Shown here one piece after another: positions 22,388 through 33,860 of a stretch of DNA of 64,000 nt. The notes under the pieces are model-generated. The model did no database searches. It worked only from the letters and a program-made list of their open reading frames with translations, and was not told where the DNA came from. Origin of the DNA: Camelus dromedarius. Its lineage: Eukaryota. Position 1 is the first letter of the stretch. Each line of letters opens with the position of its first letter. A program made the position numbers and the translations under genes. The stretch spans positions 113,524,001 through 113,588,000 of the forward strand of contig NC_087436.1 of the NCBI RefSeq assembly GCF_036321535.1, written 5' to 3'.

Positions 22388-22515
22388 CCAAGGTTGTCTG
22401 CAATATTTTCAGGGCCTAGTACTAGCTGAAAATGTTGGCACCTTGTTCAAAGGTTACTGAAAATCTCAGGATGGCCTTTGTGAGGTTAGGACCTTGGACG
22501 ACATGAAGTTGTCCT
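22388..22515 (-). mobile_element. MER45A-like hAT-Tip100 fragment
   Basis: tttcagggcctagtactagctgaaaatgttggcaccttgttcaaaggttactgaaaatctcaggatggc. Confidence 0.55.
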
Positions 22516-23274
22516 TCCTAGAGCTGTTAAGGTGATTGCTAGGCCTAGGAATTCAGTACATCCCCATTGTTAATAAAGCTTAGAGAAGTATGTATTATTT
22601 ATCTTATTTTACAAAAGAAAGGACTGAGGATCTGGAAAATGAAACAATTTTACCCAACAAGGCCAAACAGCTGAGCTGCAGAGCTGTGGTGGGCCTGGGT
22701 CTGCTTTTAAAGCGAAGGAGCAGAAACCCCCGCAGGAGGAAATGAACTTGACCCCGCCCCGCTGGAGGGGAAGGGCCAGGAACCCAGCCACTTCCCTCAC
22801 TGTCAAGAAAACAGCAACTAGAGAGCTGTGTATTTTATTTCTGTGAAACCTGAGGACATTTACTAGGTCAAAAGCAGGACTGAGAGCCTCTGACCCAGGT
22901 CGAGCTGTTTGTGAGAGCCTAGCAGAAAGCTTAGATTCTTTTGATCAGTAGCTTCAGCCTGCATACCGTTTCTCAGGCCTGTGGCTTCCTAAGACCTTGA
23001 ATGACCAGGTTCCTTCCCCACCCCACCCACCTGTAGGAATCTCTCCTTTTTTTGGTTGCAGTGTTTCCTGGTCTCCAAAGAATAAAGATCAATCTGAATA
23101 ACTTCCTTCAGCTCAGGGTCCCAGACATCTGGCTTCTTAGCCTGGTCAAGAGTAATGGCATGTCCAACCAGGAGCCCAAGAGAAGGTGACATGTGATGAG
23201 CCCACATCTGGGGATTTTAGCGCAGTTCCCTTCCACATGGTGAGGGTGCACTCATCACATGTCTGTTGTTTTCT

Positions 23275-23500
23275 CTGGTCTAGCAAATGTGTTAGGCACT
23301 TATCATGAGCTCTATTAATTCTCACAATAGCCCTGAGGGGCAGGCATGACCATTCCAACCTTCAAATGAGGAAGCAGAGGTCAGAGAGTACAGTCACATG
23401 CCTTGAGTCACACAAGCTAGAAAGGGGTGGATTCAGGTTTGAATCCAGGTCACGCTGGTTGTAGCATCCCATTTCATACCAGACCTAAACTAACCACTGT
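23275..23500 (-). mobile_element. MIR SINE
   Basis: ttaattctcacaatagccctgag...aaatgaggaagcagaggtcagaga...ggtttgaatccagg. Confidence 0.75.
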
Positions 23501-23518
23501 ACAGTGAGTGTTTACTAT

Positions 23519-23944
23519 TGGGATGGTAAATTTTATGTGTCAACTTTACTGGGCCATGGAGTGCCCAGGTGTTTGATCAAAAATTAATCCCAGTGTTTCT
23601 GTGATGGTATTTTGGGGGTGAGATTAGCATTTAAATCAGTAGCCTGAGTAAAGCATCCTTCATGTGAGTGGGCCTTATCTGATGAGTTGAAGGCCTGAAT
23701 AGAACAAAAGGGCTGATCCTTTACCAAATGAAAGAGAATTTTTCCTGCCTTTGAACTTGAACTGAAACATTGTTCCTGGATCTTGAGCCTCAGAGCCTTT
23801 GGACTGGAGCCATAGACTCTCCTGGTCTCCAACTTGCCAACTCACCCTGCAGATCTTGGGACTCACCAGCCTCTATAACTGTATAAGCCAGTTCCTTATA
23901 ATACATGTATCTCCTACATCCTATTGGTTCTGTTTCTCTAATAC
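23519..23944 (+). mobile_element. Solo ERVL LTR (MLT2B/D-like) inserted in an L2
   Basis: tgggatggtaaattttatgtgtcaact...gaaggcctgaatagaacaaaag...catcctattggttctgtttctct; the flanks join into an antisense L2 (tgagtgtttacta|...ctaggaattgtgctcagcactg). Confidence 0.9.
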
Positions 23945-24439
23945 TACGACATTCTAGGAATTGTGCTCAGCACTGTGGGAGTACAGGGACATAGCAAAGA
24001 CAAGAAGGCAGAGTCCCTGTTTTCAAGATGCTTGCAGTGCAGGGAAGAAAATTAATAGCACAGCAGATGTACTGCTATTGAGTTATGGGAAGGAGTCACT
24101 GGGACAGAGGAACTAAGGGGTGGGATTTTAGGCGGAAGGACTACTGAGTGCAAAGGCATCAAGGCAAAAGGGCATAATCTGATAGAGGAAATTTGTTAAA
24201 AAAAACAAAAAACGAACAAAACTTGAAAGTGTGAAGCTGGCAGAACATTCATCATGTTCCAGACAGGAAAACAGAAATCACATTATTTTAACAACCAGCA
24301 TCCACTGTGGAGGACTGGTTAAAGCAGGCATTGGAGGGCTAAGAAAGCAAAATGGAAACACTGAGGTAACAGAGATGTAAGTGTAGGAAGCAGCAACCAC
24401 TACAAGCTCTGTGAGCACAGGGCAAAAGTCAGGTACTCA

Positions 24440-24762
24440 TAAGGATTGGTTCCAGGACCGCTGGAGATACCAAGATCCTGGATGCTCAAGTCCCTAATAT
24501 AAAATGGCGTAATATTCGCACATAACCTACACGCATTCTCCTGCATACTTTAAATCATCTCCAGATTACCTGTAATACCTCATCTGAGGTAAATGCTATG
24601 TAAATAGTTATAAATATAATGTAAATCCTATGTAAATAGTTGCTGGTACATAAAATTGTTTTGTTTTTTGGAACTTTCTGTATTTTTTTTTTCCTGCATG
24701 TTTTCCAGCTATCGTTGATTGACTCCTTGAATGCAGAACATGGGGATAGGGTGGGCCACTGT
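24440..24762. mobile_element. MER2-family TcMar-Tigger element
   Basis: ggattggttccaggacc...ataccaagatcctggatgctcaagtccctaatataaaatggcgta...atactttaaatcatctccagattac...gggccactg. Confidence 0.88.
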
Positions 24763-24878
24763 GATTAGAAATTAGAAGGTTACAGATGCTCTTGAGGAGC
24801 TGGGACTCAGACAATGAAGAAGGGTGCTGCCCAGGTGCTTCTGGGACCTCTAAGGGGATCCGGGGAGTCTGGTTCTGC

Positions 24879-25084
24879 CGGGGGCGTGCTGAGTTGGCTA
24901 GCCTGGGCTCAGGAGAACCAACTGTTAAATTTCCAGGAATTTTTTGAGCCAATGGTGGAAACTTCAGTAGTTCGAGGTCACCCATGATGGAGTATTTATA
25001 CAACAGAAATAGACAAATGCTACAAAACAAGACTTTTTTTTTTTTTTTTTTTTTCCTGGGGAGTTCCTTTTCTTCGCACCACTG
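24879..25084. mobile_element. MER63A-like hAT-Blackjack element
   Basis: cgggggcgtgctg...tgttaaatttccaggaattttttgagcc...ggagtatttatacaacagaaatagacaaatgctacaaa...gcaccactg; internal T-run expansion. Confidence 0.8.
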
Positions 25085-25379
25085 CTTTTGGAACCATGGA
25101 GTAGGGCTGGTGAGTGTAACTAAGGCCGGTGGCTGCTATGGTGAAGTGCTGTTGCTTGGATGAAACACCAGTTCCCTGCTTCTTTCGGGGGCATCTAGCT
25201 TTTCGCTAGATCTTCTGTTTGGCAGAATCTGTAAGCAGAGTCATCTGGCAAAGGAAGATTGTGGTTTACAGAATTCCAACCCCCACACCCCCAAAGGGAG
25301 AAGATAGAAGGGTCTCTTTGGAGCTGAGAAACAGTAGCTTAAACATAAGAGGGCCAACCTTCTGATCTCCAGGAAGCAC

Positions 25380-25595
25380 TGTTGCGTAGTGGTGGTAAGA
25401 GCTCTGGCCTTAAAATAACCCCAGTTTGCCAGGGCTCAGATGCTGGCTTTGCCCACTGCTTCAAGATCTGTGACCTTGAGGGAGATGTTTAACCTCTCTG
25501 CGTTACTTTCTTCATGTCTACAATGGGGATAATCATAATATTAGTTGTAGAATGGATTGAATGTGATAATGGTTATAAGGTAATAAGCATCCTTA
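25380..25595 (+). mobile_element. MIR SINE
   Basis: gcgtagtggtggtaagagctctgg...ctgtgaccttgagggagatgtttaacctctctg...aatggggataatcataata. Confidence 0.8.
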
Positions 25596-25599
25596 CCTT

Positions 25600-25875
25600 C
25601 TCAGTCAAATCTTTGCCAGATGTCACCTCCTCAGTGAGGACTTTAACGATCATTATTTGAAACTGCACCTCCCTTCTTCCCTGCACCCGGCACTCATTAT
25701 CTCCCTCCCATAACTTATTCTTCTCTCACCTTTATCGTCTTATAACTTACAGATTACTTATTTTGGTTATTGTCCATCTTCCTAACTGAAAATATGGGCT
25801 CCATGAGACCTGAACATTCGTTCTGTTTTGTTGTCTAGCACATAATTGCTCTTCAACAAATATTTATTGCATAAA
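25600..25875 (+). mobile_element. L2a 3' fragment
   Basis: agatgtcacctcctcagtgaggact...gctccatgaga...tctagcacata...caacaaatatttattg. Confidence 0.75.
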
Positions 25876-26404
25876 GGAAAAATCTCGTCTAGCAAATAGT
25901 ATATGCAAAGAAATGCCAGCAACCCCCAAAAAGATAAAAATTATTTGATTAGCGTTTTGGCCTTCCATAGACACCCTGCCATCACAGAACCAAACTCAGT
26001 TCCATAAAATGAGACGCTACCCTGCTTTGAAAGTCTCTCAAGAGAACTAACTGAGCTCGAATTCCAGGCCTTCAATAATAGCGCGAACATTTGAGGGGTT
26101 TTTTGGACATCTGTTAGACATCTCTCAAAACTGGCCAGTGGATTTCCTCTTTGGATATGACTTCAGTGAAACATCCTCCTTGGTCACTTTTCCTTCAGTT
26201 GTAAAATAAAAGAAGCAGAAACAGAGCTTTCATGCCTGGAGCATGCCGGAAAGACACCAGTCATGTGGCACTGCTCCCAGAGGGACAGCTTCATTTGCCC
26301 TCTTACAACTACCAGGTAGCAGATTAAACTCCTAGCATTCCAGGGAGAACTTGCAGTACTTTTTATACAGTAAGGGTAAATTTATTTATTTAATCATTTG
26401 GATT

Positions 26405-28309
26405 TAAAATATATATATACACACACAATTTTTAAAGGTTACACTCCATTTACAATTATTACAAAATATTGGCCATAATGTACAATACATCCTTGTAGCC
26501 TATTACAGCCAATAGTTTGTACCTCCCATTCTCCTACCCCTATACTGTCCCTCCTCCCCCCAGTGGTGATCAGTAGTTTGTTCCCTATATCTGAGAGTCT
26601 GCTTCTTTTTCGTTATATTCACTAGTTTGTTGTATTTTTTAGATTCCACATATAAGTGATATCATACAGTATTTGTCTTTCTCTGTCTGACTTATTTCAC
26701 TTAGCGTAACACCCTCCAAGTCCATCCACGCTGCTGCGAATGGCACAGTTTCATTCTTTTTTTATGTCTTCTTTATCCGTTTATCTGTTGATGGGCACTT
26801 AGGTTGTTTCCATGTCTTGGCAATTATAAATAATGCTGATATTAGGGTGCATGTATCTTTTCAAACTAGTGATTTCAGGTTTTTAGATCTATACCCAGGA
26901 GTGGAGTTGCTGGGTCATACGGTAGTTCTGTTTTTAGTTTTTTGAAAAACCTCCATACTATTTCCTATAGTGCTGCACCAATTTACATTCCCAGCAACAG
27001 TGTGCAAGTGTTCCCTTTTCTCCACATCCTTGCCAACATTTGTAATGTGTGTTTTTTTTTTTTTTTTTTTGATGATAACCATTCTGACAGCTATAAGGTG
27101 ATACCTCATGCGGTTTTGATTTGCGTTTCCCTGATGATTAGTGATGTTGAGCATCTTTTCATGTTGGCCATCTGCATTTCCTCTTTGGAAAAATGTCTAT
27201 TCAGTTCTTTTTCATTGGGTTGTTTGATTCTTTTTTTTTTTTTCGGTTGTATCGGCTGTTTATATATGTTCAATATTAGTCCCTTATCAGTCATATCATT
27301 TGCAAATATTTTCTTCCATTCAGTAGGTCGTCTTTTCATTTTGTCAATGTTTTCCTTTGTTGTGCAAAAGTTTTTAAGTTTAACTAGGTCCCAGTTGTTT
27401 ATTTTTGCTTTTATTTCCTTTACTTTAGGGGACAGATCCAAAACAACATTGCTGTAATTCATGTCAAAGAGTGCTCTACATATGTTTTCCTCTAGGAGTT
27501 TTATAATATCCAGTCTTACATTTAGGTGTCTAATCCATTTTGACTTTATCTTTGCATATGATGTTAGAGAATGTTCTCATTTCATTCTTTTACATGTAGC
27601 TGTCCAGTTTTCTCAGCACCACTTATTGAAGAGACTATATTTTCTCTACTGTGTATTGTTGCCTCCTTTTTCATAGATTAATTGACAGTAAGTGCCTGGG
27701 TTTATTTACGGACTCTCTATCCTATTCCATTGATCTGTGGGTCTGTTTTTGTGCCAGTACTATATGATTTTGATAACTGTAGCTTGATAGTATAGTCTGA
27801 AGTCAGGAAGCGTGATTCCTTTAGCTCTATTCTTCTTTCTCAAGATTATTTTGGCTATTTGGGATCTTTCGTGATTCCATACGAATTTTAAAATTATTTA
27901 TTTTAGTTCTGTGAAAAATGCCATTGATGTTTTGATCAGAATTACACTGAATCTGTAGATTGCCTTGGCTAATATGGTCATTATAACAATATTGAGTCTT
28001 CCAGTTTCAGAACACAGTATGTCTTTCCATCTGTTTGTGTTGTCTTTAGTTTCTTTCATCAGTGTCTTATAGTTTTCTGAGTACAAGTCTTTTATCTCCT
28101 TAGGCAGGTTTATTCCTAGGTATTTTATTCTTTTTGAGTGATTGTCTCCTTAATTTCTCTTTTTGATGCTTCATTTTTGTGTATAGAAATGCAAGAGATT
28201 TATGTATATTAATTTTGTATCCTGTAACTTTACCAAATTCATTGATAAGCTCTAGTAGTTTCCTGGTGGCACCTTTAGGATTTTCTGTGTATAGTATCCT
28301 GTCAACTGT
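26405..28309 (-). mobile_element. 5'-truncated L1 with decayed ORF2 C-terminal half
   Basis: ORF track fragments resemble L1 ORF2: [25 protein letters not shown] (27898-28086), KAKINNWDLVKLKNFCTTKE...PTEWKKIFAN (27106-27462), MRYHLIAVRM...GKDVEKREHLHTVAGNVNW (26915-27154). 3'UTR text tttttaaaggttacactccatttacaattattacaaaatattgg. Frameshifted. Confidence 0.95.
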
Positions 28310-28689
28310 ACTGACTGGTAGCTCTTTGAGGACCTAACTGATTTTTATTTAAAGAGGAAACCAACCATTTCTCTACCTTGTACCAAGTCTATGCATTTCT
28401 TCTCTGTGTGGCCAGTATGAAAGCATCTTGACACATGTGGGCTATGTGGTCAAGGGTAAACACAGCCTGATGGTAGGGAATATTTTGATATTCCCAATGT
28501 CAACCACCTGGGCTGGGTGGGCCCTTAGTCAGGAACTAAAAAGGGGGTGCGTGGCTTACATGGACAATGAGTTTGCTCTTGTCTTCCATTCTTGACCTGC
28601 GCTTGAGGCATACAGGTACTGATGAAGTCATTTTCAAGTAGTGGGGGTTAAGAACAGGTTCTGCCACTTGGGGACAGATGAATGCTAAT

Positions 28690-28925
28690 AGTGATGATGG
28701 CTCATGCTGATTTAACCCTTACTACGTTCAGGCATTCTAGTCAGTGAGTGATCTCATCAACTTTCATAGCAACTCTAAAAGATCAGTAGGTTCTACTATT
28801 ATTCTGATTTTACAGATAAGAAAGTTGAGGCTTAAAGAAAGCCTGTGACTTTTCCAAGGTCACACATCTAGTATACTGGGATTTGAATCCTATGATTCAG
28901 ACCTCCAAAACCATGCCCTTAGCTG
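28690..28925 (-). mobile_element. MIR SINE
   Basis: ctattattctgattttacagataagaaagttgaggc...gtgacttttccaaggtcacacatctagta...gggatttgaatcc. Confidence 0.85.
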
Positions 28926-29099
28926 CTTAAACAAGCCAAGGTATTTGGAATCTATATTTTGCTGGTGTTAGCTTTCCTTTGTAAAGTCTTTTAGCAGAAA
29001 TGTTTGCATCCTTCCTGCCTCAGGTGTACACACAGAGGTGAAATGGCCCTCGGTCCTTCCTTGGGTCACAGCATGAAAGGGGAGTGGCACCTCTGGAGC

Positions 29100-29310
29100 T
29101 TAGCTGTTAGTGAGCTCTTTCTGGGGAAGGCAATGCTTGGGGAAGTTACTTAACTTCTCAGTTCCCCTCTCTTCTCATTGGTGAAACATGTAATAATAGT
29201 ACCCAACTCATGGGGATATTGTAAAATTTAAGTGAGAGAATATATGTAAATAACTTAGCACAATGCCTGGAACATAGTTAGCCCTTAATAAATTCTTAGA
29301 TGTTACTAAG
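29100..29310 (+). mobile_element. MIR SINE
   Basis: ggaagttacttaacttctc...aataatagtacccaactcatgggg...cttagcacaatgcctggaacatag...aataaat. Confidence 0.85.
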
Positions 29311-29586
29311 AAAATGAATGGCATTTTCCTTTGCATAAGTGACTTTCCTTTCAACGAGTCTTCAATCTTCAAGATGTCAGAAACATTTTAGACAATCTCT
29401 TATAATAGCATTTCCCAGGATCTATTCCCTGTATCTTTTAGCCAAAATACTCTGTTCAGAACAAGTTCTAGGATCAACTATGTTTTGGAAATATACTTAT
29501 AATTCCTTTCTCTTTTTAAATTAAATGCTACCAGAGTCTGGTAATAAAAACCTTGTTAAATTTGTTTTCACACTGCATCTTCTGAA

Positions 29587-31305
29587 TTTTTTTTTTAAGT
29601 TTAATTAAAAGTTTTTAAGACTTTTTTTGGGGGGAGCACTTTTAGGTGCACAGCAAAATTATGAGGAAGGTACAGAAAATTCTCATATACCCCCTGCTCC
29701 CACACATGTGTAACCTTCCCCATTATTAACATCTTCTCCACCAGAGTGGTACATTTGTTACAACTGATGAACCTACAGTGACACATCTTAATCATCCAAA
29801 GTCCGTAGTTTACCTTTGGCTTCACTCCAGGTGTTGTACATTCCATGGGTTTAGATAAATGTATAATGACATGTATCCATCATTATAGTATCATACAGGA
29901 ATATTTTTACCATACTAAAAATCCTCTGCCTAGTCATCCCTCTCATCAATGCCCCCTGCAATCCCAGAGAACCACTGATATTTTTACTCTCTCCATAGTT
30001 TTGCTTTTTCCAGAATGTCGTATGGTTGGAATCATACAGTATATAGACTTTTTGGATTGGCTTCTTTCCCTTAGTAATATACATTTAAGTTTCCTCCATG
30101 CCTTTTCATGGCTTGAGAGCTCATTTCTTTGTAGTGCTGAGAAACATTCCATTGCCTGGATATACCAGTTCCTTATCTGTGTTGGACATCTTGATTGTTT
30201 CCACGTTTTAGCAATTATGAATAAAGCTGCTATAAAAATCTGTGTGTGAATTTTTGTGTAGACATAGTTTTCAACTCCTTTAGGTAAATACCAAGGAGTG
30301 TTATTGCTGGATTGTGTGGTAAGAGTGTGTTTAGTTTTGTAAGAAACTGCCGAGCTGTCTTACAAAGTAGCTGTACAATTTTGCATTTTCACCAGCAGTG
30401 AGTAAGAGTTTCTGTTGCTCCACATCCTCACCAGCATTTGATTTGTCAGTATTCTGGATTGGGGCCATTCAAACAGGAATGTAGTGATATCATGTTGTTT
30501 TGATTTGCATTTCCTTGATAATATCTAATGTGAAGCATCTTTTCATATGCTTATTTGCTATCTATTTATCTTTTTTTGGTAAAGTGTCTGTTAAGGTCTT
30601 TGGCCCATTTTCAATCTGTTTGTTTTCTTATTGTTGAGTTTTAAGCATTCTTTGTTTATATTGAGTAATGGTCCTTTATCAGATGTGTCTTTCGCGAGTA
30701 TTTTCTCCCAGTCTGTGGCTTGTCGTATCATTCTTTTGATTTTATCTTTTTCAGAGCAGAAGTTTTTAATTATAATGAGGTCCAGCTTATGACTTATTTC
30801 TCTCATGGATCGTTCCTTTGTTGTTGCATCTAAAACGTCGTCACCTTACCCAAAGTCATCCAGGATTTCTCCTACATTCTCTTCTAGGAGTTTCATAGTT
30901 TTGGGTTTTACATTGAGATTTATGATCCACTTTGAGTTAATTAAGATCTGTGTTTAGATTCATTTTTTGCAAGTGAAGTCTAATTGTTCTAGCATCATTT
31001 GTTGAAGACTATCTTTGCTCCATTGTTTTGAATTTGTTCTTTTGCTAAAGATCAGTTGACTGTATTTATGGGGTCTATATCAGGGCTCTCTGTTCTGTCC
31101 CATCGATCTATTTGTCTGCTCTTTCAACAATATCATGCTGTCTTGATTATTGTAGTTTGATGGTAGGCATTAAAGTTGGATAGTGTCAGTCCTCCAACTT
31201 TGTTCTTCTCCTCCAATATTGTGTTGATTATTCTGAGTCTTTTCCCTCTCCATATAAACTTTAGAATCTATTGATAACCACAAAATAACTTGCTGGAATT
31301 TTAAT
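29587..31305 (-). mobile_element. Older L1 (L1MC1/2-like) 3' portion
   Basis: gcacttttaggtgcacagcaaaattatgaggaaggtacaga...ccaccagagtggtacatttgttacaactgatgaacctaca is an L1MC-type 3'UTR; ORF2 remnant KLDLIIIKNFCSEKDKIKRMIRQATDWEKILA (30591-30806). Confidence 0.92.
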
Positions 31306-31822
31306 TTTTGAATGCTGTTGACATAGAAGATTCTTTTTTCGTTTAGCAGTTATTAACACTCTGGTATACACTCTGGAAGTGACATCTTATGTAATTTGCT
31401 CATTTTTGGTGATCTTATAAAATTTCTTAATTTTTTGTGAATGAACCTCTTCAATGAGTCTTCAAAGTTCTTGATTATATTGTATATGTCTCTTTATATC
31501 CACTGTAGCACCAGAAACATAGTAGGTACTTCGCAAAACAAATATTCCTCAATCGATTCATTGGGTTTTACGTTCTACTTCACACAGAGCGCACGTTAGC
31601 CCTGCCTGGTGTGAAGGGACCCCGCCTTCAGGCAGGCAGTGTCATGTCATGGTGGGAATGATCTCTGTAGCTTACTTTCCTGGTTTGTAACTTTAGCAAC
31701 TCAGATAAAATAGCCCTTGCCTTATTTGCGACCTTTAAATTCTCTGTAATCATGAATTAGGGCATTAAAGTGGGTGAAGTTTTATGATACAAGTATACAA
31801 AACAGAAGGAGGGGTATAACCT

Positions 31823-32378
31823 TGTGGAAAATAAGTTAAGTCTAACCAAATGAGAAAAGCAAAGGCTATCGATGCAGAGCTTGCTAGAGTAAGGGAGTCA
31901 GTCACTGTCACTTGTTTTGGCAGTGAGTCAAAGTCAGGGAGAGGACTAGGAAAGCTTTATAGTGGGGAACAGGGAAAACTACAGGTATATCCCGATTCGA
32001 AGGCATTAGCATGGAGAAACTGCAGGCAGGAAGCCTGGAAGCAGGGCATCCTTTGTGACTGGCTGGGGTGCACAATTTGATTTCATCTGGTTGGTCCTAA
32101 TTTAGAAGTAGGAACAAAAATTAGGGAAGCTGTCAGTTATTAATCAATTCCTGGCCATTTGGGGTTGATTGTGATAGGGGTTATTATTTGGCTTCCTGGA
32201 TTGTTACTAGAGACAGCAGTCTGACTGCCTGCAAGTCTGACTTACAGCAGGCTGGCTCCCTGGGCTGATTACTGTAAATAAGCATTTGGTTTCCTGGATT
32301 TGTTGCTGCAGGTTTGGGGTCAGGGTTCTGTTTTTATGTATAATCTGGCCATTGCCCATTTGTATATTCAGTCTTTCA
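31823..32378 (-). mobile_element. Solo ERV1 LTR (MER89-like), apparently full length
   Basis: The minus strand starts tgaaagactgaatatacaaatgggcaatggccag and ends ...ttttctcatttggttagac...ttccaca; TG...CA termini and TATA-like actataaag. Confidence 0.85.
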
Positions 32379-32860
32379 TTCTCATTCACTGTTTGGGTAA
32401 AATTCTCAATTCAACTCAATTCAAAAGCTCTCCAAGTCAAGGGAGTGTGTGGAGGATCATGGTTTGTGTTTTGGTAAAGATGACAGTAGCTGAAGCTACG
32501 TAACTTCTCAGAATTTTTTTCTTATAGCTCATCAGTGTTACAAACCATTTGTTGAATGCAGTAGTTAGCCCTTCCTGATTCTGGAAAAGGCATCCCCTTA
32601 GACCTTATGACGGTTGTGAGTTCCCAAAGATACAAAGAATGTGTGATGCCTGTGGTCTGAGAACTCTTGGGCACTTTTTTGTTCCTGTGGGAACTGGAGG
32701 TGTGATCATAGAATATTTAACTGCCTGTACTATTTCTCAGCATAACAATTAAAACTGGGCAAGGCTTGATGTCATATTTCTCAGGAATTTTGGAACAATT
32801 CTTAAGATCTCTGTTTATTTTATTTTATTGTTTAGTAAGAAAAGAAAGAAGTCTCTGTGG

Positions 32861-33052
32861 AGGGGTCCACACACACTGGTCTATGGCTTATTTTTGCACA
32901 GCCTAAGCTAAGACTTTTTTTTTCATTTTAAAATGATCATTAAACAAACAAATAAAAAAAAGAAGACAAATATGTGACAGGGACAGTAAGTGGCCCACAA
33001 ATTCTAAAATATTTACTCTCTAGTCCTTTAGAGAAAATAGTTGCCAAGTCCT
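32861..33052. mobile_element. MER58C-like hAT-Charlie MITE
   Basis: aatatgtgacagggacagtaagtggcccacaaattctaaaatatttactctctagtcctttagagaaaatagttgccaagtcct. Confidence 0.8.
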
Positions 33053-33549
33053 ATGTTGGTCAATCACAGAGAGACTTGGCTAGGTTTTAGGAGTAGGACC
33101 CTCTTGGTTTTCAGTGCACGGGGAGTGGTGAGGTTGGGGTGCTGCCTGACGTGTCCCTACAGGAGCCACAGAGGAAACACGTCTCACCTGTCAGGCTGGA
33201 CAAGGATGGGGAGCAGTGGGAAGTGCTCTCAGAGGATCTGATGTCAGTCTCCAGGAACCACAGACCTGAACATTTTGCCTTGTTTTTTTAAACTATGGTT
33301 TCTCCTCCCATGTGACTACTCCCAGGGCTGGTCCTACTGCTTCTTCCAGTCTAGCCTGGGCCATGGCTGGAGGGCAGTCAATATTTTCAAGGCTTCAAGT
33401 TGTCTTCACCCTAGAAAAGCCTAGTTCTTCTAAGTAAAGCGTAAAGCATCATTTTCCTTTCCTTTTCCATTTCTACTTGGTTCAGGAAAAAACAAAAAAA
33501 CAAGACAAAACAAACAAAAAAATACCTGAGTTATCCTTTGTGAGAAAAT

Positions 33550-33860
33550 GATGTAGTGCAGTCATCAGACACGTGGGGACAATGTTTTGTAATAATGTCA
33601 TCGAAGATACTTACAGCCTTACACAAAGTGAAAAAGTTGAACATGAATGTGGATAAATATCGTAGACTTAACTATTTAAAACAAATAGACAAACAACAAA
33701 ATATGCATCAAAACAAAATACCAGAGAGGAAATACTCCGAAGTTAACTGTGGTTGCTGCAAGGAATTGGAATTCTGGGATATGTTTTTCTTCTTGAAGTT
33801 TTTCTATACTTTCACATTTTTCTACCAAAAGTATGTATAGTTTTAAAATCAGATTAAAAA
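33550..33860 (+). mobile_element. Very old L1 (L1ME-type) 3' fragment
   Basis: gaggaaatactccgaagttaactgtggttg...tttttctatactttcacatttttctacc. Confidence 0.5.

Larger units (their letters stand above)
24250..25347 (-). mobile_element. Ancient LTR78/LTR79-like LTR split by two DNA transposons
   Basis: ggcagaatctgtaagcagagtcatctggcaaagg...tgtggtttacagaattccaacccc...atagaagggtctctttggagctgagaaacagtagcttaa matches the LTR78-type end; the left part begins ccagacaggaaaacagaaatcac. Confidence 0.6.

Noticed and set aside
26942..27457. 171-aa hydrophobic, membrane-protein-like ORF on the plus strand
   Set aside because: Antisense reading of A-rich L1 ORF2, a well-known artefact.
26915..28086. Reverse transcriptase-like CDS
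   Set aside because: Frameshifted, 5'-truncated L1 ORF2 remnant; reported as a mobile element, not a retron, DGR or other novel RT system.
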